A DNA stretch of 33,835 nt from Planctomycetota bacterium. Lineage in GTDB: Bacteria > Planctomycetota > Planctomycetia > Pirellulales > Lacipirellulaceae. The stretch covers positions 1 to 33,835 of the forward strand of contig JBCCXZ010000042.1 of the NCBI GenBank assembly GCA_039190745.1. Reading direction: 5' to 3'. Of the stretch, positions 16,862 to 26,288 are shown piece after piece. Every line of letters starts with the position of its first letter. The stretch's first letter is position 1. Both the position numbers and the translations under genes were made by a program. A model generated the notes under the pieces. The model did no database searches. It saw only the letters and a list, made by a program, of their open reading frames with translations, and was not told the origin of the DNA.

Positions 16862-18448
16862 ATGCCTAGAGTCGACCCCGCACTGCACGACGACTCGCAA
16901 GCGGGGATTCCCCCGGGTCCACCGCCCCTGCCGACGACCGCCGCGACGCCGATCAACGCGGATGCCGTTCTCGCCCCAGCGCCGCCCCCGCCGCCTACCC
17001 CGCCGGCAACGCGAGACTCAACAAGTGAACAGCCCGGCTCGGCCGAGCAGCGACCCGAGCCGCCCCTCCCCCCGATGGTCTCGCCGCTCGACCTGATCGC
17101 GTCTGCCCCGCCCTGGCTGGTTTCCGCGGCGGCCCACATGCTCCTGATGATCGTGCTTGGGCTGCTCTTCGTCGCGGCCGAGGTGCAGCCCGAGCTCCTG
17201 CTCCGCTTCGACTACCAAGACGCCTTCGACGAGACGCTCGGAGAGTCGCTCGACTTAGACGTGGATTTCGACCAGGCGCCCCTCGACGACGCTCCTCTCA
17301 TCTCCGATGAAATCCTGGAATCCGCAACCGTCACCGACTTCGCGACCGAAGTCGAAGAGCCGGTCACCCCGGCGGTCGACGCCTTGACCGTCGAGCCGAT
17401 CCGCATGGCCCTCAGCGGCCGCGAGGCGGGCATGCGTGACGCCTTGCTCAAGGCCTACGGCGGCACCGCGGCCACCCAGCGTGCCGTCCGAGACGGGCTC
17501 GCCTGGCTCGTCCGCAACCGACGCTCCGACGGCATGTGGGACATGAACGGGAAGTTCGACGACGGCATCGAGCCCTCCAACCCCGACGCCGCCACCGGCA
17601 TGGCGCTCATCGCGTTCCAGGGAGCCGGCTATACTCCTGACGGCGACCCCGAGGAGCCCTTCACCAAGGTCGTCCGCAGGGCGTGGCGGGGCCTCCTCAA
17701 GCGGCAACGCGAAGACGGCAGCTTCTTCAACACCGGACGAAGCCACGGCCAGCTCTACACGCACGCCATCTGCACCATTGCGGTCTGTGAGCTCTACGGT
17801 ATGACCGGAGACTCGCGCTATCGCGACGCGGCCCAGCGAGCCATCGACTTTTGTGTGTCCGCCCAAAGCGACGAAGGCGGGTGGCGTTACTACCCCGGCA
17901 CCGGCAGCGACCTTTCCGTGACCGGCTGGTTCGTGATGGCCCTGCAGAGTGCACGCATGGCGGGCCTCGACGTGCCAACGACCACCCTCGACGCCGTCTC
18001 CGAGTACCTCGACACAGTCAGCAGCGACTACGGGAGCCGGTACTCCTACCGGAAGGGCCAAGCCGCGACGTTTGCCATGACCGCCGAGGGGCTGCTCTGC
18101 CGGCAGTACCTCGGCTGGGGCCACGACGACGAACGCCTCGTCCAGGGAGCCACGCTCCTTACCGAAGAGCTGCCCTCATGGAGTAAACGGAACGTCTACT
18201 ACTGGTACTACGCGTCGCAGGTCTGTCACCACATGGAGGGCGAGATCTGGCGCACCTGGAACGAAACCATGCGTCGGGTGATTCCCGATAACCAAGTCCG
18301 CACCGGCAAGGAGCGCGGCAGTTGGGACCCCGACGGAGACCGTTGGGGCAACGCTGGCGGCAGGCTCTTCGTCACGTGCCTCTCGATCTATAACCTCGAG
18401 GTCTACTACCGCCACTTGCCGATCTATCAGCTCGAACTGGCTCGTTAG
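16862..18448 (+). CDS. Membrane-anchored prenyltransferase/squalene-oxidase-repeat protein (planctomycete type)
   Basis: Pro-rich N-terminus, TM helix PPWLVSAAAHMLLMIVLGLL, acidic linker, then QW-like repeats (SDGMW, QREDGSF, AQSDEGGWRY, GSWDP), YYWYYA and LEVYYRHLPIY. Confidence 0.85.
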   Translation: MPRVDPALHDDSQAGIPPGPPPLPTTAATPINADAVLAPAPPPPPTPPATRDSTSEQPGSAEQRPEPPLPPMVSPLDLIASAPPWLVSAAAHMLLMIVLGLLFVAAEVQPELLLRFDYQDAFDETLGESLDLDVDFDQAPLDDAPLISDEILESATVTDFATEVEEPVTPAVDALTVEPIRMALSGREAGMRDALLKAYGGTAATQRAVRDGLAWLVRNRRSDGMWDMNGKFDDGIEPSNPDAATGMALIAFQGAGYTPDGDPEEPFTKVVRRAWRGLLKRQREDGSFFNTGRSHGQLYTHAICTIAVCELYGMTGDSRYRDAAQRAIDFCVSAQSDEGGWRYYPGTGSDLSVTGWFVMALQSARMAGLDVPTTTLDAVSEYLDTVSSDYGSRYSYRKGQAATFAMTAEGLLCRQYLGWGHDDERLVQGATLLTEELPSWSKRNVYYWYYASQVCHHMEGEIWRTWNETMRRVIPDNQVRTGKERGSWDPDGDRWGNAGGRLFVTCLSIYNLEVYYRHLPIYQLELAR

Positions 18449-18610
18449 TCCGAGCCAGGCTACGAAGAAAGTGCGGCAATGACTCCCCCGAGGTCCGCAA
18501 AGAAATCGGCCCTGCGCACACTCCTCACGCTCTTGCGAAACCCGCCCCGCCACAGGCTCTTTCTGTGTGAGGCGTCTTGCGCTCTTCCGCAAAACGTCCA
18601 CGCAATTCCG

Positions 18611-18641
18611 TTGCATAGGACCCGGGGACTCCGCCTATACT
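18611..18641 (+). promoter_or_regulatory. Putative sigma70 promoter of the GH25 gene
   Basis: TTGCAT-N19-TATACT (long spacer); AGGAGG SD at 18708-18713 before TTG 18719. Confidence 0.4.
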
Positions 18642-18718
18642 AGGGGTTCGGGCGAAGCGATCTCACGCCGCCCGGTCCGGACCCGCTCGGGTCCTCAAGG
18701 AACAGACAGGAGGCAGCT

Positions 18719-20878
18719 TTGGAACCGTCTAGAATCGTTACCCGCTCCATCAGGCGGCGCCGCCTAATCGGCTCGCTTTTCGCCGCTTGGCTGCTCTGCG
18801 CGACGAACCAAATGCAAGCCCAGGACCGCGTCCTCGGGCTCGATCTCGCTTCGTGGCAGGGCAACATCTCCCAGACTACCTGGAACAACCTCAAGACGAT
18901 CGACAATCGCGACTTCGTGTTCCTCCGCTCAAGCCGCGGCGGTACCACCGGCTTCTACAACCAAAGCAACCCCGGCAACAACAATCCACCCGGACAAAAC
19001 ACGCTCTCCCAGCGTTACGACGACCACTACTTCGTGCAGAACATCACCCGCGCTACCGCCGCAGGGCTGTACGCCGGGCCCTACCACTTCGCCCGGCCCG
19101 ACATCATCGCCAGCACACTCAACTCCGGCGGCATCGCCAACACCGGCGTCGACGAGGCCGACCACTTCATGCAGATGGCCGGAGCCTGGATGCGGCCCGG
19201 CTACCTGCTCCCGACCTTCGACCTCGAAGCCGGCGACGCCCAACGCACTCCAACACAGCTCGCGCAGTACAGCATCGATTTTTCGGACCGCATCTTCGAG
19301 ACCTACGGCATCCGGCCGATCATCTACACCAACGGCAACTACGCGAGCATCCTCCAGGCCACTTCCTCGGCCACCGAAGACGATGTGATCGAACGGTTCC
19401 CCTACCTCTGGTCGGCCCGACCCGCCTACGGCACCAACTCCGGCAATAACGTCCCCGAGTCGGTCGCGACCCCCGCGGTGCTCGATCCCAGCAGCAACCC
19501 CAAAGACACCTTCTCCGCCATCTACGGGCCCTGGGACGATTCACCCCTGCCAACGCACCCGTGGTCGTTCTGGCAGTACAAGTGGACGCTCGACACCGTG
19601 AGCTATTCGGGCAACCTGGACGGAAACGTTGCCAACGGCGGGACCGAGTTCCTCAAAGACCACCTCGTGCCCGCCTTGTGGACCAGTTCTTCCGGCGGTG
19701 ACTGGAGCACGCTGACGAACTGGAACAGCGGCCAAACCCCCGTCGCCCCGGTCCAAGGGCCCGGACAGACCCCGCGCGTCGGTGCACTCACGCTGCCCGC
19801 GGTACGCCTGCCCAGCGTTGACGACACCGTCATTCTCGAGCGAGCCAACGAAGACATCTCCGTCACCGTGTCCAGCGGATCGCACAGCATCCGCAAGCTC
19901 TACGTCCGCGAAGACCTCAATATCGACGGCGGCGTTCTGAACGTTAACTACGTTCCCTCTTCAGACTCAACGCCAAACACTGTGGAGGTCTCCGCCGCGT
20001 TGACGCTTACCGACGGCGTGCTCACGGCGCATACCTTGCAGGTCGATCCGTCTGCTAGCTTGGCCTTAGCCGGTGGGCTGTTCTCCTTCGATACTCTCTC
20101 ACTTCAGCGAGACCCTACTAACCCGTCAGATTTCTCATTTGCCGGGGATGTCTGGCTCAACCCCATCACTCCGGGGACCGTTTCCGTCGTCGAAATCTCA
20201 ACCGCGTCCGGCAGTCCTCCCGTGATCGATCTCGGCGGGGCTATGCGGCAGGTTCGGGTAGGCCTAGGAGCATCCGACGAGGTGGTCCTGGAACCTGCTG
20301 TGGTCAACGGCGCCCTCGAGAAGGTAGGCGCCGGCAAGCTGACTATAGCGGGCTCTATCGGCTACAACGGAGAGACTTCAGTCAAGGAGGGCATCCTGGG
20401 GCTCGATAACGCTGTACTCCCGAACTCGGGCGACGTGGCCATCACGACCGGCGGCCTGCTAGAACTCGATTTCGTCGGGGCCGACTCTATCGCAAGCCTT
20501 ATGCTCGACGGCGTAGCGCAATCCCCCGGAACATGGGGGGCGCCAGGATCGGGCGCTGACTTCACCACCCCGCTGATTTCTGGTTCGGGGCTTTTGCTTG
20601 TGACCGAGTCCCCTGTGCTGGGGGACCTGACCAACGACGGTTTCGTCGACGCCGCAGACCTAAGCCTCTGGGAGCTCGCGGTTCAATTCGGCGACCCGCT
20701 CGCGGGAGACGCCGACGGAGACTTGGACACCGATCTTGCTGATCTCATCGTCATCCAGCGTGAATGGACCGGCGTGCCGGCAGTTCAGACGGTCCCCGAA
20801 CCTTCTAGCTTGTTACTGTTTGCGGCCATCATAGCTGTGAGCATCAAGTCCATAGATCGTCACAGCGTGCGACGTTAG
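18719..20878 (+). CDS. GH25 lysozyme/muramidase-domain surface protein with autotransporter-associated beta-strand repeat, dockerin-like Ca-binding repeats and PEP-CTERM anchor
   Basis: GLDLASWQG, AGLYAGPYHFARP, FDLE (DxE), FWQY (GH25); LEKVGAGKLTIAGSIGYNGETSVKEGIL (PATR-like); GDLTNDGFVDAADL...GDADGDLDTDLADL; VPEPSS-hydrophobic-RR. Confidence 0.85.
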   Translation: MEPSRIVTRSIRRRRLIGSLFAAWLLCATNQMQAQDRVLGLDLASWQGNISQTTWNNLKTIDNRDFVFLRSSRGGTTGFYNQSNPGNNNPPGQNTLSQRYDDHYFVQNITRATAAGLYAGPYHFARPDIIASTLNSGGIANTGVDEADHFMQMAGAWMRPGYLLPTFDLEAGDAQRTPTQLAQYSIDFSDRIFETYGIRPIIYTNGNYASILQATSSATEDDVIERFPYLWSARPAYGTNSGNNVPESVATPAVLDPSSNPKDTFSAIYGPWDDSPLPTHPWSFWQYKWTLDTVSYSGNLDGNVANGGTEFLKDHLVPALWTSSSGGDWSTLTNWNSGQTPVAPVQGPGQTPRVGALTLPAVRLPSVDDTVILERANEDISVTVSSGSHSIRKLYVREDLNIDGGVLNVNYVPSSDSTPNTVEVSAALTLTDGVLTAHTLQVDPSASLALAGGLFSFDTLSLQRDPTNPSDFSFAGDVWLNPITPGTVSVVEISTASGSPPVIDLGGAMRQVRVGLGASDEVVLEPAVVNGALEKVGAGKLTIAGSIGYNGETSVKEGILGLDNAVLPNSGDVAITTGGLLELDFVGADSIASLMLDGVAQSPGTWGAPGSGADFTTPLISGSGLLLVTESPVLGDLTNDGFVDAADLSLWELAVQFGDPLAGDADGDLDTDLADLIVIQREWTGVPAVQTVPEPSSLLLFAAIIAVSIKSIDRHSVRR

Positions 20879-20910
20879 AGCAAGAAATCACTCGAAAGCT
20901 ATTGCGAGAA

Positions 20911-21108
20911 TCACGCCTCAGCCTGCTCCCCTTGGCAGTCCGGCGACGGGGTGCTGCACAGCTGGCAGACCGTCTCGCCCTCTTCATTCGTCTGCCCATA
21001 AGAGCCGCCGCAGCTGCCGCGGATACGTCGATCGCTCACGATCACGCCGATCGCCATTCCGGCGAGCGCAACGCCGAACGCAGTGAGCGTAATCAAAAAA
21101 GTGGTCAT
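20911..21108 (-). CDS. nqrM: Na+-NQR maturation protein NqrM
   Basis: TM helix ending MAIGVI, RIRGSCGG and a Cys cluster (CQLC...C); position downstream of apbE. Confidence 0.88.
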   Translation of the reverse strand: MTTFLITLTAFGVALAGMAIGVIVSDRRIRGSCGGSYGQTNEEGETVCQLCSTPSPDCQGEQAEA

Positions 21109-21114
21109 GACAGA

Positions 21115-22146
21115 CTACTCGCTTCCGCCTGCAGTCACTGGAAACGCCGGAGTGGCTCGCACCTCCGGTCCGTCGCCTACTCCTGACATCAGAAACATCG
21201 CGGCGACGCCGTTCTTAACGCACCAATCATACCCCTCGGCTGGCCCGAGAACCACCAAAGCCGTGGCCAGCCCGTCGGCCTCCCTGCACGTTTGGGCCAA
21301 GACCGTCACCGAGAAACCCCGGTAAGGCAGAGGCCGGCTCGTCCGCGGGTCGACGATGTGGCAGTACCGCTCGCCATCCGCCCCGCGGTAGTTCCGATAG
21401 TCGCCGCTCGTGGCCATCGCCAAGTCTCGTAGCGGCAGCACCTGCGCGACCGTTCTCTTCTCGGGGTCGGGCCGCTCAACGCCGATCCGCCACGGCTCGC
21501 CGTCGGCCCGCGTGCCGAGCGCGACCACCTCGCCGCCGATCTCCGCCATCACCCCCCCGGCGCCCGCCTCGACGACCAGCGCCGCTATCAGATCGACCGC
21601 GTACCCCTTGGCGATCGCAGACAGATCGATTTCAACGCCATCGACCGTCTTCCGCAACGCCGGCGGGTCGGCGCGCGTCTCGATCTTGTCGACGCCAACT
21701 AACGCCAAGGCCGCCGCGAGCTCCTCGTCGCCGGGCGGCTCGGCCGCAGGATCAGCACCCGGCCCGAAACCCCACAAAGTGAGCAACGGTCCTACCGTCA
21801 CGTCCAACGCCCCGTCGGTCCGACCGTGAAGCCGCAGCGCTGCGTCCACCACCGAAACCGTCTCCGTCGAAACCGCAAACCACTCCCCTGCCCCGGATCG
21901 GTTGAACCGAGAGATCTCCGACGACTCGAGGTACGTCGACATCTGGTCGTTGACCTCACGCAGCGCGAGGTCGATCTCCGCCTGCAGGGCCTGGTGATCA
22001 ACGTCGGCCTCAGAGGACCAGTGCTTCACGGAGTACGTAGTTCCCATCGTACGGCCGTTGAGTTCACAGGTCTCAGGGATAACCGAGCCGACGCCGCAGC
22101 CGGATAGCAGTAGGCAAGTCCAAGCAAGGTAGCGTCTGGAGTTCAC
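21115..22146 (-). CDS. apbE: FAD:protein FMN transferase ApbE (lipoprotein)
   Basis: Lipobox LLSG-C; TMGT, SEISRFN, DVTVGPL, IDLSAIAKGY, ATSGDY, HIVDPRT, ADGLATA. Confidence 0.95.
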   Translation of the reverse strand: MNSRRYLAWTCLLLSGCGVGSVIPETCELNGRTMGTTYSVKHWSSEADVDHQALQAEIDLALREVNDQMSTYLESSEISRFNRSGAGEWFAVSTETVSVVDAALRLHGRTDGALDVTVGPLLTLWGFGPGADPAAEPPGDEELAAALALVGVDKIETRADPPALRKTVDGVEIDLSAIAKGYAVDLIAALVVEAGAGGVMAEIGGEVVALGTRADGEPWRIGVERPDPEKRTVAQVLPLRDLAMATSGDYRNYRGADGERYCHIVDPRTSRPLPYRGFSVTVLAQTCREADGLATALVVLGPAEGYDWCVKNGVAAMFLMSGVGDGPEVRATPAFPVTAGGSE

Positions 22147-22206
22147 ATGTATCCCTAATCTGCTTAGCCGCTCGAGTATCTCGATCCGGAATCGAACGGC
22201 TTCAGC

Positions 22207-22761
22207 TCATGGATATGATGCCATGGACCACTGGCGCGTCGTTTCCCTAATGTGGAGTCTCAGTGATTGCTTGCGGTACAGGTGCTTTGCCAATAGCACA
22301 AATGGAACGATAAGCACAATGGGTATCAACAAACCAACGACTACCCAGACCGCCAGCAACCCATAGTTGGGTCTTACTCTCTCAAGGTTATCTTCAAGGC
22401 CTTTGATGAAGATCTGTCTTGCCTTGTAGTGTTTGTCCTGTGGCAGTGATTCCAGCTCCTTCTCAAACTCGAAAAGTTCTCGCCGTAAGACAGCGGCTTC
22501 CTGTATCGGTCTGTTCCGCGCACCTGTGGTGCCCGAAAAAGCACCACGCCAGCTGCCTTGGCTAGCGCGATACCATCCCGCAAAACCCCCGAAAAGGAAT
22601 CCGGCGGGCGACGTGAGTAACATGAGGATCGAGCCGACCGTGCCAATCCCGTGACTCTTTTCGTTGGTGAGAACAACGAGGTAGGTCATTCCAACGGGGA
22701 AGATGATCCCCAGGGCGGCCCCACACAAGCTACCCAAGAGAATCCAGAGCAAGTAATTCAT
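22207..22761 (-). CDS. Hypothetical membrane protein (about 3 TM segments), low GC, inserted between nqrF and apbE
   Basis: Start re-called at ATG 22761. Two N-terminal hydrophobic helices, a charged helical middle and a C-terminal TM. 22261-22320 is 27/60 GC, well below the flanking genes. Confidence 0.7.
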   Translation of the reverse strand: MNYLLWILLGSLCGAALGIIFPVGMTYLVVLTNEKSHGIGTVGSILMLLTSPAGFLFGGFAGWYRASQGSWRGAFSGTTGARNRPIQEAAVLRRELFEFEKELESLPQDKHYKARQIFIKGLEDNLERVRPNYGLLAVWVVVGLLIPIVLIVPFVLLAKHLYRKQSLRLHIRETTRQWSMASYP

Positions 22762-22828
22762 GGCAACACCCTGAATGCCCGGCTCTTTCCATCTGGGTTT
22801 TGCTACAAGCACCGCTGTCGCCGTGGGG

Positions 22829-24049
22829 CTAACCGCCGAAGTCGTCGTACGCGATGTTCTCTTGCTCGACGCCCAGGTCGTCCAGCATCTTGAACACCGC
22901 AGCGTTCATCATCGGCGGGCCGCAGATGTAGTACTCGATGTCCTCCGGCGCCGGATGCGTGCTCAGGTAGTTCTCCAGCAGCACTTGGTGGATGAAGCCC
23001 GTGTACCCGTCCCAGTTGTCCTCGGGCAGGGGCTCGGACAGCGCGATGTTGAACTTGAAGTTCGGGAACTCTTTCTCGATCTCGCGGAAGTGCTCGATGT
23101 AGAACAGCTCCCGCAGGCTGCGGCCGCCGTACCAGTAGGAAACCTTCCGGTTCGTCTGGCGGCGTTTGAACAGCTCGAAGATGTGGCTCCGCAGCGGAGC
23201 CATGCCCGCCCCGCCGCCGATGTACACCATCTCCGCGTCGGTGTCTTTGATAAAGAACTCACCGTAGGGACCGGAGATCGTCACCTTATCGCCCGGCTTG
23301 CAGCCGAAGATGTACGACGAAGCCTTCCCAGGGGGAACGTCCGGCAGCCGCGGCGGCGGGCTCGCGATCCGAACGTTGAGCATAATAATGCCCTTCTCGC
23401 CCGGGTAGTTGGCCATCGAGTACGCCCGGATCACCGGCTCGTCGACCTTCGACACGTACCGCCACACGTCGTATTTGTCCCAGTCCTCGCGATACTCCTC
23501 CTCGATCGCGAAGCCCTTGTAGGCCACCTCGTGCTCGGGGATCTCGATCTGGATGTACCCGCCCGCCTTGAAGTCCACCGCCTCGTCGGGCGGGAGTTCC
23601 AGCACAAACTCTTTAATGAACGTCGCCACGTTCTCGTTCGAGCGGACGGTGCACTCCCACTTCTTGGTCTCGAACGCCTCGGGCGGTACTTCAACCTTCA
23701 TGTCCTGCTTGACCGCCACCTGGCAGGAGAGCCGGCACCCCTCGCGCGCCTCACGCTTGTTGATGTGCGACTTCTCGGTCGGCAGGATGTCGCCGCCCCC
23801 CTCGTGGATCTTTACCAGACACTGGGCGCACGTCCCGCCGCCCCCGCACGCGCTGGAGACGAAAATCCCCGCGTCCGCGAGCGCCCCCAGGAGCTTCCCG
23901 CCCGCCGGGACCTCAATCTCTTTCTGCTCGTTGACCATGATCGAGACGTTCCCGCTCGCCACAAGCTGGCTCTTGGCAGCCAAAATAATCGCTACCAGAG
24001 CGAGCACTACCGCCGTGAACATCGCAACGCCGAGAAAGACTTCCAACAT
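22829..24049 (-). CDS. nqrF: Na+-translocating NADH:quinone reductase subunit F
   Basis: [12 protein letters not shown] and RLSCQ (2Fe-2S), RAYSMANYP (FAD), [21 protein letters not shown]-terminus. Confidence 0.98.
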   Translation of the reverse strand: MLEVFLGVAMFTAVVLALVAIILAAKSQLVASGNVSIMVNEQKEIEVPAGGKLLGALADAGIFVSSACGGGGTCAQCLVKIHEGGGDILPTEKSHINKREAREGCRLSCQVAVKQDMKVEVPPEAFETKKWECTVRSNENVATFIKEFVLELPPDEAVDFKAGGYIQIEIPEHEVAYKGFAIEEEYREDWDKYDVWRYVSKVDEPVIRAYSMANYPGEKGIIMLNVRIASPPPRLPDVPPGKASSYIFGCKPGDKVTISGPYGEFFIKDTDAEMVYIGGGAGMAPLRSHIFELFKRRQTNRKVSYWYGGRSLRELFYIEHFREIEKEFPNFKFNIALSEPLPEDNWDGYTGFIHQVLLENYLSTHPAPEDIEYYICGPPMMNAAVFKMLDDLGVEQENIAYDDFGG

Positions 24050-24124
24050 GCCGGGTCTCGCTTAAGCCTTCAGGAAAGTGCCCATTACAAGGACACAAAG
24101 CAAAGAACAAAGAAGCAGAGGGAA

Positions 24125-24187
24125 GAACACTAATCTGCGCTGATCTACGCTAATCTGATTAGTGAAGATTAGCGCGGATTAGTGTTC
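24125..24187. repeat. 31-bp-arm inverted repeat built from 10-bp periodic units, flanked by purine-rich and pyrimidine-rich arms (about 24088-24228)
   Basis: GAACACTAATCTGCGCTGATCTACGCTAATC-T-GATTAGTGAAGATTAGCGCGGATTAGTGTTC; 27 of 31 positions are complementary. Confidence 0.85.
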
Positions 24188-24240
24188 CCTTGCCTTGTGC
24201 TCGTCGTGTTTCTCTGTGACTGCGTGGTCCATGTCCGTCT

Positions 24241-24849
24241 CTACATCCCGCCGAACGACATAAACGCCAGCGCCATCAAACCGGTCGTGATAAAAGCCAT
24301 GCCCAGGCCCCGCAGCCCCTGGGGCACGTCGCTGTACTTCATCTTCTCGCGGATGCCCGCGAACGCCACGATCGCCAACGCCCAGCCCACGCCCGAGCCG
24401 AAGCCGAACACGCAGCTCTGCGTAAAGTTGTAACCGCGTTCCTGCATGAACAATGAACCGCCCAGTATGGCGCAGTTCACCGTGATCAACGGCAGGAAGA
24501 TGCCCAACGCGTTGTAGAGCGGCGGGAAGAACCGGTCGAGCGTCATCTCCAAGATCTGCACCATCGCTGCGATCGTACCGATGAAGCTGATCAGCGCGAG
24601 GAACTCGAGGTTCACGGTTGCGTACTTGGTGTCGATCCACGTCAACGCGCCCTCTTTCAGGAGGTACGTGTAGATCAGGTTATTGGCCGGGATCGTGATC
24701 GACATGATCACAATCACGGCGAACCCCAGGCCGATGGCCGTCTTCACCGTCTTCGACACGGCGAGGAACGTGCACATCCCCAGGAAGAACGCCAGGGCGA
24801 GGTTCTCGACGAAGACCGACTTCAAGAAAATGCTCAGCAGGTCGTCCAC
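24241..24849 (-). CDS. nqrE: Na+-NQR subunit E
   Basis: [49 protein letters not shown]. Confidence 0.97.
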   Translation of the reverse strand: MDDLLSIFLKSVFVENLALAFFLGMCTFLAVSKTVKTAIGLGFAVIVIMSITIPANNLIYTYLLKEGALTWIDTKYATVNLEFLALISFIGTIAAMVQILEMTLDRFFPPLYNALGIFLPLITVNCAILGGSLFMQERGYNFTQSCVFGFGSGVGWALAIVAFAGIREKMKYSDVPQGLRGLGMAFITTGLMALAFMSFGGM

Positions 24850-24853
24850 GGCA

Positions 24854-25483
24854 TCAGCCCTCCACTTCCACTTGGGCAGGTTTCCAAGTCCGCAGCAGCC
24901 AGATCAATCCGCCGATGATGAAGAACGCACTCGGCGGCAGCAGCATCAACCCGTTCGGCACGTACCAGCCGCCCTCCGAGGCCAGCGGCAGCACGGTGAT
25001 GCCGAACAGCTTCCCCGAGCCGAACAACTCCCGCACGAAGCCGATCAGGATCAAGATCAGGCTGTAGCCCAATGCGTTGCCGATGCCGTCCAGGGCGCTG
25101 ATCGCCGGCGGGTTCTTCATCGCGAAGGCTTCGGCCCGGCCCATCACGATGCAGTTCGTAATGATCAGCCCCACGAACACCGAGAGCTGCTTGCTGGCGT
25201 CGTAGGCGAACGCCTTCAGGATCTCGTCCACCACGATCACCAGCGAGGCGATGATCGTCATCTGAACAATGATGCGGATGCTGCTCGGGATGAACGTGCG
25301 GATCAAAGAAACCGCAGCGTTCGAGAGGCCCAGCACAAACAACACCGCCAACGCCATCACCACCGAAGTCTCGAGCTTCGTGGTCACCGCCAGGGCGGAG
25401 CAGATGCCCAGCACCTGCAGCGCAATCGGGTTGTTCTCAAAGATCGGGTTGAGAACCACGTCTCTCGGTTTGGGTTCAGCCAT
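24854..25483 (-). CDS. nqrD: Na+-NQR subunit D
   Basis: [50 protein letters not shown]. Confidence 0.97.
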   Translation of the reverse strand: MAEPKPRDVVLNPIFENNPIALQVLGICSALAVTTKLETSVVMALAVLFVLGLSNAAVSLIRTFIPSSIRIIVQMTIIASLVIVVDEILKAFAYDASKQLSVFVGLIITNCIVMGRAEAFAMKNPPAISALDGIGNALGYSLILILIGFVRELFGSGKLFGITVLPLASEGGWYVPNGLMLLPPSAFFIIGGLIWLLRTWKPAQVEVEG

Positions 25484-26288
25484 CGCTGCCTCCGCCAGTG
25501 CTCTCGCGGAATCGGGCGAGGAATGGCTGGTAGCCGTTCTCCCCGCCCCAGTACTTCACCATCTCCGAAACGCCGTTGCACGTGATCGTCGCGCCGGTCA
25601 GCCCGTCGATCTTGTACTCCGGGTCGGATGTGTTCTCGGTCACGCCGCCCTTGATCACCTGCAGCAGCACCTCGCCGTCGTCGCCGGTGAGCTTCTTGCC
25701 GGGCCACAGGGCCTTCCAGTTCGGGTTGTCCACCTCGCCGCCCAGCCCGGGCGTCTCTTTGTGTTCGTAGAACGTAATGCCGCGGACCGTTTCGCCGTCG
25801 GAGTCAATCGCAAGGAACCCGTACAGCGTCGACCACAGCCCCTTCCCGTAAACCGGCAGCACCACCTGGTCGACCACTCCCGCTTCGTTCTTCACCTTGT
25901 AGACGAAGGCGTACTTCTCACGCTGCTTGATCCCGCCCAAGGCGTCGGCAGGCTCGATCGGAGTGCTCAGGTCGCTGGAGTTTGCCGCGTCACGCTGGCT
26001 GTACGTCTCGGCGTCGACCTCCACGTCCTCGCCAAGCGGCTCGCCCGTCTCCAGGTCGATCAGCAGCCGCACAACCGTCCCGTCGTCGAACACGCCCTGG
26101 ATCTCATCGGAGTCCATCGCGTCGACGTCCATACCCGCAGCGATCAGCACGTTCTTCTGCTGGTCGAGCTTCTTGTTGGCCTCCTGCCAGGGCCGCAACG
26201 CGACCGCAAAGCCGGAGACCAGCACCGAGCAAACCACGCACAGCACCGCCGCAACCACGAAGGTGTAGCCCCAACCATCACGTCGCAT
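25476..26288 (-). CDS. nqrC: Na+-NQR subunit C
   Basis: Start re-called at ATG 26288 (overlaps the nqrB end). [34 protein letters not shown]-Thr motif DGLTGAT. Confidence 0.96.
   Translation of the reverse strand: MRRDGWGYTFVVAAVLCVVCSVLVSGFAVALRPWQEANKKLDQQKNVLIAAGMDVDAMDSDEIQGVFDDGTVVRLLIDLETGEPLGEDVEVDAETYSQRDAANSSDLSTPIEPADALGGIKQREKYAFVYKVKNEAGVVDQVVLPVYGKGLWSTLYGFLAIDSDGETVRGITFYEHKETPGLGGEVDNPNWKALWPGKKLTGDDGEVLLQVIKGGVTENTSDPEYKIDGLTGATITCNGVSEMVKYWGGENGYQPFLARFRESTGGGSDG

Noticed and set aside
16862..18448. Squalene-hopene cyclase or terpene biosynthetic cluster
   Set aside because: No DXDD motif, single-barrel size, membrane-stalk architecture and no isoprenoid genes nearby.
24125..24187. 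CRISPR array
   Set aside because: The units are 10 bp, contiguous and inverted, with no unique spacers and no cas genes.
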